Source: Eledone cirrhosa
Taxonomy: Eukaryota
Length of the DNA: 64,000 nt
NCBI GenBank assembly: GCA_964016885.1
Contig: OZ024740.1
Location: forward strand, 213,466,001 to 213,530,000
Direction: 5' to 3'
Part shown: positions 40,868 through 51,497 of the stretch, piece by piece
Layout of the letters: each line of letters starts with the position of its first letter
Position numbering within the stretch: the stretch's first letter is position 1
Position numbers and translations under genes: made by a program
Notes under the pieces: model-generated
What the model saw: only the letters and a program-made list of their open reading frames with translations
Told to the model about the DNA's origin: nothing
The model's database searches: none

Positions 40868-41040
40868 AGCCGTTTCGACGGCTATTTCTGGACTAATTAG
40901 TCCAGAATTAGCCGTCGAAACGGCTCGAGCTCAGCCGTCGGGGTCCTACTCGTTCATATTACCCACTCTACAACCTTAAGTATTGAGTACTTTGGTGCGT
41001 TATGGTCCATCTGGTTCCTTACCACATTTCCTTCGTTATA
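40868..41040. mobile_element. Small (TA)n-embedded element starting with a 58-bp near-perfect palindrome
   Basis: 40868-40925 AGCCGTTTCGACGGCTATTTCTGGACTAA/TTAGTCCAGAATTAGCCGTCGAAACGGCT, with one mismatch. Related to 46998-47185. Confidence 0.7.
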
Positions 41041-41814
41041 TATATATATTTATATAGGTGTGTGGAGGTGGACGTGTGTGTGTATGTAAATCATTGAGTA
41101 TGTTTCTAAAATATCAAATTACTATGATCTTCAATAATCAAATAACAGTAATTACTAGATTACAAACCAGATCAATTTTCACTATATACGATTGACACCT
41201 CTCATTTGCAGTGTTTTCGTTGTTGTTTTTTTAAATATTCCATCAGGTCAAAAAAATCGAATTTAAGTTGTAAATTATATGTACATATTCCAGTATATAT
41301 CTCACGATTCTTTCGATCGTGATTAAATTAAAACATGGTTGTTTCTAAATAGCATGTCAGGAATTTATTGAAACCACTTTGACGTGTTCTTCTAATGTAT
41401 AATTCCCATGATTGTATAACTTCTGTTTGTAAAATATAGTTGACATTGATTGTTATATTATAAAGTTTAAATGATGTTATCAGCAGAAGGAATATAACCA
41501 CAAAGATAACATGTTCATTTATAAACATGATAGCAATGGGGAAGCGGTTTATTGGTAAGAGAGGTGCGATGTTAATGTATCAACTAATAATCGTCATAGA
41601 CAGAAGGAAATGCCATTTCTTTACTAAACATGAAACCTAAATTTATAATAACGGATATATTAGGTTACCAAGAAAGAAATAAGGACATGTTATTTGTTAA
41701 TTAAACCGTCAATTTGTGTGTTAGGTTATGATCCAAATAGTAATTAAATATGAAGCCAGGTGATACGATTGACGTATGTGTATGTATGTTATTTTAGTTC
41801 AACAAATATCTTAC

Positions 41815-41900
41815 CTGCAGATATTCACAAGGTTCTTTCGTTGTACAGTCCATTGCCTGATGGCAAGTGCTTTTCGGCGAGATGACGCTGCAATATCCAT
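41815..41900 (-). CDS. RUNDC3: First coding exon of a RUN-domain protein, RUNDC3A/B (RPIP8/RPIP9)-like; partial, continues leftwards
   Basis: ATG at 41900 has a strong Kozak context (gcaaatATGG) and an upstream in-frame TAA. The exon reads MDIAASSRRKALAIRQWTVQRKNLVNIC-R and ends at a consensus donor CAG|GTAAGA. It resembles the vertebrate RUNDC3A N-terminus (..[22 protein letters not shown], recalled). It lies in unique, CpG-containing sequence. No exon 2 was found in the window. Confidence 0.72.
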
Positions 41901-42300
41901 ATTTGCAGCTATCAGCTTCCCTTAAAGATCGTACGCTAATAATTGCGCAGGTGATTTGTAAAGCACCCTAACAACAGACTAATTAGTGTTCGTTCGCTAC
42001 ACAGTTGTCGTCATGCATTGATTAAAGACACCAACTGGAAAATATTATCTATGATAATATATGCAGACGTCCTTCCTTATCTAGCTTTGTCGTCTCAGTC
42101 TTGTATCCGTAGTGATGTAGAAGAAGACGAAGGGAAAGAATTGTAAATGAGAAAGGGAGTGTTGGAATGAGAGAGAGAGAGCTGAAGTGAGAGAGGGAAA
42201 GGGTTGGAGTGAGAGAGAAAGGAAAACAGAGAGGGAAGGAGTGAGAGAGAAAGGAAAACAGAGAGGGAAGGAGTGAGAGAGAGGGAACGATAGACTAAGA
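41901..42300 (-). promoter_or_regulatory. Probable 5' UTR and proximal promoter of the RUNDC3-like gene
   Basis: Unique CpG-bearing sequence upstream of the ATG, followed by a CT-rich (minus strand) tract at 42120-42300. Positional inference only. Confidence 0.4.
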
Positions 42301-43654
42301 AAATGTATACGGGGGATTTGGAGAGAATTAGAGGAAAAAACTGAGTCCAAGAGGAATAGAGAAAGTAGAAAAGATATAAAATAGCGGTGAAAGATAATTT
42401 TTATTATGTAGCAAATTGGAGAGTATTGTTTTTTCTAAATATGAATTTGTCCATATTTATTTCTTGGAATTTTAATAGATAATAAATATTTTCTTTCGGA
42501 GTGGTGGGTGTATTCCGTTTCTGTGATAAAGGTAACGCAAAAAAAAAAAAAAAAAATAAGGCTTTGAAATTGTTATTTTAATGAACCATCGATCATTATT
42601 ATCATTTTCGTAGTCGTCATCATCATCATCGTTGTCATCAACAGTTCTACCGCTATCATCATCATCATCATAATCTTCGCTAGCTGACGAGGGAGGTTCT
42701 GTGTGATCGTTCGACCTGCTAGAAATAATAGCTTAATGCCCTTCAAAACAAACCCCAGCTTCTTAAATAAAAGAGACAATAAAACCCTGATGTAGGGAAA
42801 AACGGTACGATCATTGCTGGAATGTCTTTTATCAAAAATGTGTCCATTCAGAGATGATTAAGTATTAAACAACATGATAAAGTCGTCCATATATGATTCC
42901 TACTTCAACATTATCATCGGCCTAGTCATTTTCATTAACATCATCATCATCATCATCATCATCATAATTATACTCATCTTCATTCGTGTCATTTCGTCAT
43001 CACCAAGACCACCGCTAACATTAATTCTACCTACATATTTGTCATCAATATCACCATTGTAATTCATAATTAACTATTTAATTAAGAACCAGCATATAAA
43101 TATTTTGAATCAGTAATCAGAGGTGTTGTTTTTTTTTTTGTTTTTTTTTTGGGGGGGGGGGGGGGGGTCTGAAATTAATTCATGAAACTGTGCCCATTAC
43201 TGTTGTTGCTTTTGTTGTTGTTGCTGCTGCTGCTGGTAAGGCTACTGCCATCACAAGATGTACACGTGAAGAAACCATTAAAAATCAATATTCTGACGAA
43301 ATATCGATTAGCATAAATCTATAAAAGGCAAAATAGATCTTTAGCAGCGTTTTTCAAATTGTGGGGTTACAATCCACACGTGGTTGTGTGCGATTACCTG
43401 GTGGAGTATTTATAAAATTAATATTTATTTGTTGGGTGTGGGGGCTTACCAAAACCCTCTCATTTTAATAAAGGATTAATCACACTGGCGTTAGGTTAGA
43501 CTTTTGCAGATGATGGGATATAATTGAATATAGTGAATGGTATAGAGCCCTATATTTGTAATGTTATTCTGAAAGAATTGTGAGCAATTTGTAATATATA
43601 TATTTGTAATATACATATATTATTTAAGAAAAAACATTAAGAATTATATACATA

Positions 43655-43830
43655 CCCTAAACCTAACCTTAACTCTAACCTTAAACCTAACCTTAACTCT
43701 AACCCTAAACCTAACCTTAACCCTAACCATAAACCTAACCTTAACTCTAGCCCTAAACCTAACCTTAACCCTAACCATAAACCTAACCTTAACTCTAACC
43801 CTAAACCTAACCTTAACCCTAACCCTAAAC
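43655..43830. repeat. Degenerate telomere-like (CCCTAA)n tract with 24/48-bp higher-order periodicity
   Basis: CCCTAA, ACCTAA, CCTTAA, CTCTAA and CCATAA hexamers in a recurring order. Confidence 0.85.
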
Positions 43831-44789
43831 CACCGTCAATAGTGCATCGTTTACAGGCTCGCGGGTAATGCTTTACCCTAGTACTTATTTCATAGACACC
43901 CCCCCCCCCCCCATGAAGGAGTGAAGGGTAAAGGGTGAATAATGAAGCCTACTATCATGAAATTCAAGATTAGAAGTTAAATAAAAATAGATGGGTAAAG
44001 GTAATACCTTAAATATCATTTCTGGCACATTATTAAGTATTGATGTTTTACAAATGTATATATAATGATGTCTTGAACAATTTCTTTTAAGGAAGGAGGA
44101 GAAATTTGGAAATGATGTTGTGCACTTAAACTAAAGGGTGTTAACGATGTATGGGAAATTATTTCAAATGAAATGGAAACCAGGTCAAAAATTTGGTTCA
44201 TGAAAACCGATTGTTGCACCACAGCAGCTGCTACAAACTTTATCAATTGATTTTTTCTAATTAATTTTTTTTTTCTTGAGTCGGGGTGGGGAATAGGCAT
44301 GAAGCCAATTTTTATAGGGATAGGATTATAATTTGTTAAATGGAACATAATACATTAGAAGTAATTATGTATCTGTAACTCCTGGTGGAGTTGTAGGGGA
44401 GGCCTAGTGTCATACAACTTTTTTTTTTTAACATTTTTAAAAATCTGGCGGAGCACATCTCCTCTCCAGGTCTAAATACAGCTAAGTTCTTCCAGAGAAG
44501 GAGACGGGGGGATAGAGAGGAAATGAGATAGAGATATAGAGGAAGAACCGACCCTCAGTACTAGAATGGTACTTTTTTTATCGACCTCAACAGGATGAAA
44601 GGCAAAGTTGGGAAGAAGAAGAAGAAGAAGAAGAAGAAGAAGAAGAAGAAGAAATAACTGTTAATTAGTTATAACTGATTGATTCGTTGTTTGAAAGTCA
44701 TGTCAGCTTATCACCTGTAGAGAAACAATGATAGATATTAAAAATGGATTTAATTTGAAAAACTTGGTTCTCTTCATTTTAAATATATA

Positions 44790-44990
44790 TCATCATCATC
44801 GTTTAATGTTCATCTTCCACACTAGCATGGGTTGGACGGGTTTGTCCCACTTGAGGCAAGATTGGTCAGGTGACCATGTCTCGCTTGTATAGAACTGTTT
44901 CTGGCAGGTTTTGTATGGCTGGATGCCCTTCCTAACACCAACCACATTTACAGTGTGGACTGGGAGCATTTTTACCGTGACTCCTACATA
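44790..44990 (-). mobile_element. Family A SINE, 5'-truncated
   Basis: (CAT)n tail and CTGGATGCCCTTCCTAACACCAACCACATTTACAGTGTGGACTGGG. Confidence 0.85.
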
Positions 44991-44994
44991 TATA

Positions 44995-46910
44995 TAGAGG
45001 AAATAGGGGCTTCTGAACAGGGGTAGTACCTTTGGGTAGACAGGAAGCACTGGACCCCATTCATCCCCTAAATCTCTCACATGTGGTTCCAAGCACCATT
45101 TCCTGATAAACCACTTCAGCTAACGAGCTATACCATGTGAGGGGGTGATGTTAACACAGCATCACTGGGGGAAGGACCTCCTGGTGCAGGTCACCAGCCA
45201 GGATAGATGAGTCCCAGATTAACTACAACAGTCACGTGTTCATGATCAGGGCGTGCCACTTGGAGAAAATCAGTCGTGGTTAAGTTAGGAGAGGGATGGG
45301 CACCACCAGGTTCACACGGCATGAAAAATGATCAAATCCCCAATGTCAATACGGGCTTGGTTGTTGCCCAAGTTAACAAGGGCTGCACCATCTGCTGTAC
45401 ATTAGGGTGGAGGTGTTTAACATGCAACTGAATCTCATCAAAAAAGATCTGTATGAAGGAGAACATCACATTTGCCATCACATCACATCGAACATGAGAA
45501 CACTAGCCCAACATGACGAACTGCAAGAACTCCCGCATGAAGTGGAGAGATACAACTGGCACCTCGTGACACTCTGTGATGTTAGATGGAAAAATTTTGG
45601 TGAACACCTTATCGATGAACAGGCTGAAGTCACAAGCAAAGGAAATCATTGCGGAAGAGCAGGCTGGTCTCCATTGTGGAAGGAGCACTACAGAACAGAT
45701 TTTCAATCTGAGGGGTATATACAAAGGGTACAGCCAACACCAACAAGATTTTTACCACATACTCATTGAATTTCAACAGAGTGTGGTGTGATGTGCTGTG
45801 GGCGACCAGGAAAAATATAACATGGGCCAAAAGATCCTCCACACCATATAGCTGTACGTGGATGCCTCAAGTGTGGTACTTGTCAAAGGTAGAATGGGGG
45901 ACAGGTTCCACACATCAGTAAGCATCCACCAGGGCTGTCTCTTCTCCCTGACACTGTTCAACATCTTCCTTGAACAAATCATGACCAATGCCTTAGAAGG
46001 TAATCCTGACACAATCAGTATAAGAGGACGAATTGTCACAAACCTCAGGTTCATTGAGGACATCGACGGGCTAGCTGGAAGTGAAGAGGGACTCGTCAAA
46101 TTGGTGAACTGCTTGGGTATAACTTCTGTCAGATATGACATGAAGACCAGCGCTGAGAAAACCAAGCTGATGACAAACACCGCAAAGCCAATAAAGAGAA
46201 GGATCATAATCAGTGGTCAAGAGCTGGAGACTGTGATAAAGTATCTTGGCGCCATCATCAATCAGGAGGAATCAAGGCCCTTGCAAAGAGTGTTCTAACA
46301 ACCACAGCACTTGATGAACTGAAGTCTCTCTGGAGAGACAAAAACACCACTCTCGGGTGCAAAATAAACTCCTGTGTGAGTTGGTCCAATCCATCTTTCT
46401 ATACATATGCGAGTCATGGCCCATGTCCACTGAACTGCATAGAAAGATCCAAACAGTGAAGATGAGACACTATAGAAGAATCTTGGGAATCTCCTACACA
46501 GGACACATCACAAAGGAGGAGGTCTGCTGAACATGAGCCACTTTGAAGATGAATTAAACATAATGTTTAGTTCAGGGATTGTAAGAACACATCACGAATG
46601 AGGAGCTCCACAAAAGTATCACCCAGCACATGAACTACTTTGAAGACCTGCTGACCACAGTGAAAAGGAGGAAGCTAAGGTGGTATGGGCATGAAACAAG
46701 ATTGGATGGACTCTCTAAGACAATTCTCCAAGGATAGTGCAGGGAAAGAGAAGGCGGGATAGACAGAGTAAACAGTGGACAACATAACTGAGTGGACGGG
46801 GAAGAACTTTGCCACAACCCAAGCACTCAACCATGATTACCAGAGATGGCGGCAGTTGATATTGCAGTGTCCCAAAGACCCTGGAAAGGGTTAAGGGACC
46901 ATGATGATGT
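44995..46910 (+). mobile_element. RTE (BovB-like) LINE, decayed and internally deleted
   Basis: The APE N-terminus (NMRTL..EL..E.ERYNW...L.DVRW..GE) is fused at ~45610 to the RT (NRLK.QA.EIIAEEQAG...GRSTTEQIFNLR; HQGC.S..LFNIFLE; NLRF.EDID; KYLG; KRRKLRWYGH). Ends in GATGATG. Confidence 0.88.
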
Positions 46911-46997
46911 TATATATAAAAAGTGGTAAGAAACTTTCAGAAGAGCTGGACAGCAGGTCTTCAGTTCTTCATTGTTCAACACACACACACATATATA

Positions 46998-47185
46998 TCT
47001 TAGAAAGAGTCTGGACTCTACAGCTGAGCTCTTGCCATTTCAACAGCTTATTCCAGAGCCTGGAAAACGGCAAGAACTCAGCCATTGAGCCCTGACTCTT
47101 TCTAATATAGTCATATTCTACTATCCCAAGTATCGAGTACTCTGTTGACTAATGGTCTAACTAGTTTAATCCTGGTTTAATCCTG
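46998..47185. mobile_element. Fold-back element related to the 40868 element
   Basis: TAGAAAGAGTCTGGACTC..GCTGAGCTCTTGCCATTT pairs with AAACGGCAAGAACTCAGC..GAGCCCTGACTCTTTCTA. Confidence 0.65.
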
Positions 47186-47879
47186 ATATATATATATACA
47201 TGGTGGCTGCCAACTCGTTTTCGAGTACGGCCACTACTTTATATCCATGTAGGAGAACCCCTACTGATGCACTAAATGAGTGTGACTTTTTAGTCCAGCC
47301 AGCGACTTGAAAACTCTGGTACAAACACTACACTTGTGACAATTATTGACACATAGTGCTGGGCCCATGGTACCATGTGATGACAAGTGCAGAGAGATCT
47401 CCAGATATAAAGCAATGCCTGTGCCGTGAAGCTTTTATAGTGAGCAAAGACACTGCACAAAGCCAGTCCCACTCTCTTAACCAAGATGATATTTACCAAA
47501 AAGAAGAACAAGTCAACATCATTGGATACCATCAGGGCTGCAGGTGTTATATCAGAGTATTCCTTCTCCTAGAATTCTGCCTTGACAAAGGCTAAGGGGT
47601 CATCTCTCCCGGTGATTTTGGATGGCCGTTGACTCTTAAGAGCTCCTTTGCCCTTTGACAGGTTTTGTTTTTAGTCCTGCAGGATGTCCAAAGTCACCCT
47701 CCTCACAAGAAACCTTGGTGGGGTTGCCAGTTTAGTCGCAACATACATACATACATACATATTTATATACATATATATACATACATACCGTCTAACCCAT
47801 GCTAGCGTGGAAAACGGACGTTAAACGAAGATGATGATGATGATGATGATACATACATATATATATATATATATATTTC

Positions 47880-48391
47880 GTTTCTGAATTTGTTTAGCAA
47901 GATTCTTTATCTGAAAACGTGTGTTGAAACCGATATTGTTATGCTCTGGGAGGGTCATGTTGCCAATAAGAAACACACGCACCAGTTGCTTTCACTTCAA
48001 TTTATTATAAATTAAATAACACACACATAGAACAAACAACCAACCAGTAACATGTAAATAAACAGATAAATAAACAAATATAAACACACACAGACACCCG
48101 GATGTAACACATGCGCAAACTAAGCACACAACACACACAAAAACAAGATGGCGTAGGACAGAACAAAGGAGAGGCACAAAAACAAAGAAAATAATCCCCA
48201 GTCACTGAAGAGGTCACAGAATGTGTGACGAAAGAACTTTGACAATATATGAACAATCGTCTGGTTGTGGAACCAACCAGCCAACCGGAAATTTATAAAT
48301 TCCTAAATTTATAAATTTAATTTATAATAAATTGAAGTGAAAGCAACTGGTGCGTGTGTTTCTTATTGGCAACATGACCCTCCCAAAGTAT

Positions 48392-48400
<9 letters not shown>
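47880..48400. mobile_element. Element with ~84-bp inverted arms (47933-48017 and 48315-48399) and an internal hammerhead-like motif; probably Penelope-derived
   Basis: The arms are near-perfect reverse complements. 48201-48243 reads GTCA-CTGAAGA-g-GTCACA..TGTGAC-GAAA-GAACTT-TGAC. Confidence 0.75.
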
Positions 48401-48432
<32 letters not shown>

Positions 48433-49019
48433 AGTGTGTGTGTTGCACAATGAAAACAAAAGGTGAAGTTTAGTCCTTAATCAATTCGTTGTTTTACAAC
48501 CATTTCAGAAGGTTGATTGATCATGATAAATCAATATATTGACTAATCAATAGTAGTTATGTAATTCCATATTATTAATCTGGTAACTACAGATCTATCT
48601 CACAGTGTTCATCAGAAGACAATGTTATCTAGAACTTGATAAACTCAGGAGTATATTTAATTCTTACATGGCCATAAAATGATTTTCCCAGGGAAATTAA
48701 TGATATAAATAATAACACCATTAACGATAGAAGTATTAAAACAAGTGAGGTCGGATTAAGGCCAATTTGATGCCCCAAGCACAGCCCATTAATGGTTTTC
48801 CTACAATCCTTCCATTGTTTGATATGTGATATAATAGATTAAAAACTGAATTTTTTCCATTTCATCACCTAAGCCAGATTTAACACTAAAGCAATGTAAA
48901 TATTTTCTGAGACAAACAGTAAAGAAATGCAAGGCTCTTTTTTCTTTTTCTTTTTGTTTTACAATAAATGAAATGAATTTTATTTACTTAAATATTTTGC
49001 ATCTAGCCTCCTCTACTTA

Positions 49020-49270
49020 CCATCAGGAGACCCAGAGGCAGACCTACCCTGAACAAGATGGTTGGATAACATTCATGAGCTTGGCTGATCTCGCTTGGGA
49101 ATCCAGCAGGATCAGTTGGAGACGGTTGCTTCTGACAGTCTTACTGGAGGGAGTGTTTGAGGACTCTGCCCCCACCTACGATCCTCTCAGGAGTAAGTGG
49201 GAGAAGAAGAAGAAGAAGAAGAAGAAGAAGAAGAAGAAGAAGAAGAAGAAGAAGAAGAAGAAGAAGAAGA
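49020..49270 (+). mobile_element. RTE-like LINE 3' end followed by a (GAA)n tract
   Basis: Degenerate RP.GRP..W.D.I..L...LGI...VA.D...WR..L..LPP C-terminal pattern, then a long (AAG)n. Confidence 0.55.
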
Positions 49271-49919
49271 AAATAACAGAAAAGGGAGGAAAGGAAAAAA
49301 GAGAGGCAGACTCTAGACCCCAGTCTAGGTGGTATATCTCTATGGACAAGATGTGAGAAGCATTGATGTAGAGAACAGCCAATGACACCTGTTGCATCAG
49401 TCTCTCCACCTCAAGGATGGGATGTGGGGGTGCCTCAGCCTGGAAAACGGCAGTTTGAGACCAAGGACACTGGAGGTCTCAATGGCGACCTGCAGGAAAA
49501 GGAAGTGGTTAGTCATGTCCTGTTAGTTGGATATCATCCACTTTTCTACATGGTGGTAAAAATGATAAGGTTGGAGGCAGAGGACATGTATCCCCCCCGT
49601 GACATTTTAGATTAGAAATTTATCCCCCACCATACATACACATACACACACTCATAAATAAAGAAAGGGTTATCCTGTCTGGACCTTTGCTGTTATGACA
49701 GTCAAAGCTGACAGACTCCTGTTATGAAGGGAACCTGGCTGTGTGAAGGTTCTTTTTGGAGATGTCATTCAAGGCAGCGTGCTGAGGAAACTGATCTGTA
49801 TGTGACTATTTGTGAATGGATATAGCAGGAATTCATTGACAATGACTCCACAATCGCAGGCAGAGGCCAAGGTGAAGAACCACTTTAATGCAGGGGCATT
49901 TGTAGAGTATTTTATTGTT

Positions 49920-50375
49920 TGTTTTTACTTTTGATACAAGGCCAGCAATTTGAAGGGAAGGGGAAAGTCGTTTGAATTGAGCTCAGTGCATTACTGGTAT
50001 TTTATTTTATCGACCCTGTTAATTATGAAAGGCAAAGCTAACTTCAGTGGGATTTGAACCCAGAATGTAAAGGGACGTAACTATTTTCCACAAAGCATGC
50101 TGTCTGACACTCTACCAATACTGCCAATCCATTGCCCTTAAAATAATGGCTTCTGATTTAGGCACAAGGCCAACAATTTTTTTTTTTTTGGGGGGGGGGG
50201 GGGGGGGGTTATATCAAACGCAGTATTTAACTGGTACTTTATTTTATCGACCCTGGAAGGATGAAAGGTAATGTTGATCTTGACGGGATCTTAACTCAGG
50301 ATGTAAAAGGCTGAAAATAAACACTACAAAACATTTTGTCAGACACTTTAATGATTCTGCCTATCTACTGCCTTT
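49920..50375 (-). mobile_element. Two diverged family B SINE copies
   Basis: CAAGGCCAGCAATT..CTGGTA(C/T)TTTATTTTATCGACCC..GAAAGG..GGGATTTGAACCC occurs twice. Confidence 0.75.
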
Positions 50376-50389
50376 TCTTTCTTTACTAA

Positions 50390-51410
50390 TAGTCCTTAGG
50401 TCCTTCTATGCTTTGGGGCATATTGGGCAATGAGTCTTCTTCAAATTACACGATCAGCTGCAGTATCTTGCATAATTTCCCAGTCAGTCCAATTCACTGG
50501 AGATCTTTGAAAGTTGAGTGCCAGGTTTTCTTAGGTCTCCTTTTGTTCCGCTTACCACTGACTGGGATCCCTCTCATTGCCACAGATGGGTTTTGGTACT
50601 CAGACATGCGCAGAATGTGTCCAGTTTCAGGTACCTTTCAGTGATGGTGTCAGTCAGTAGCCTCTGTTTACTTCTCTTCAGCACCTCTACATTAATAATC
50701 TGGTTTCGGTAAATGATTTTCAGGATTTTTCTTAGGCTTCTTTGTTTGAAATCGTTGAGCTTTTGGCAGTCATTTTCCAGGTTTCACTAGCATATATGGC
50801 AGTTGTGACTATAATGCTGTTGAAGAGCTGCAGTTTGAGGGACGTGGAGATTATTTGCGATGACCCATGGAGGCACATGGCTTAGTGGTTAGAGCATTGG
50901 CCTTGCAATCGAAAGGTTGTGAGTTCAATTCTCAGACCGGGTGATGTGTTGTTTCCTTGAGCAAGGCACTTTATTTGACATTGCTCCAGTTTACTCAGCT
51001 GTAGAAATGAGATGATAGGGACTGGGGTCCATATCATTCCACTGCAAAGTGGTCGTGGAGGTGCCACGGCAAAAAAGCACCCAGCACTCACTGTAAATGA
51101 GGTTGGTGTTAGGAAGGGCATCCAGCTGTAGAAATCAAGCCAGAATCAGTTCCCGTCCCACCCTTGCAAGCAGGGAAAAGTGGACGTAAAATGAAATGAT
51201 GATGATGATGATGATGACCCAATGTTTATCATGCCCTGAAATACTCCTGATACCATTCCAATCCTGCAGTTTACATCTACCTCAGTGAGGCCTTCGTTGG
51301 AGACTATGCTGCCCAAATATATGAACTAGTTCACCTCTTCTATTGCCTGTGTTTCAATATGTACTTTCTCAGCAATTTTCGTGCCAGCTTGCATCACTTT
51401 GGTCTTTAAA
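50390..51410 (-). mobile_element. Decayed RTE LINE 3' fragment interrupted by a SINE
   Basis: Minus-strand FIYLGSIV, WTHSAH/GKRNKRRPKKTW-like RT C-terminal motifs. Confidence 0.6.
50868..51212 (+). mobile_element. Full-length family A SINE: tRNA-derived head, CORE-like domain, RTE 5'-derived body and RTE 3' tail, with a 9-bp TSD
   Basis: A box TGGCTTAGTGGT and B box GAGTTCAATTC. CCTTGAGCAAGGCACTT..CAGTTTACTCAGCTGTAGAAATG is CORE-like. The body matches 54600-54680 and the tail matches the LINE end at 51498-51557. GATGACCCA is duplicated at 50859-50867 and 51213-51221. Confidence 0.92.
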
Positions 51411-51497
51411 ATGAAGCGAAGGAAAAAATATGTATCTTTAAATGAAGGATTTTAACAAATATCATGATTGGTATTTAGAAAACTTACCACTAAATGA

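Noticed and set aside
48500-48620. Minus-strand CTGATGA...GAAA with a long intervening region as a hammerhead
   Set aside because: Stem I and stem III pairing could not be established by eye.
50868-50945. tRNA gene
   Set aside because: The tRNA-like head continues into a CORE-like domain and an RTE tail within a TSD, so it is a SINE head.
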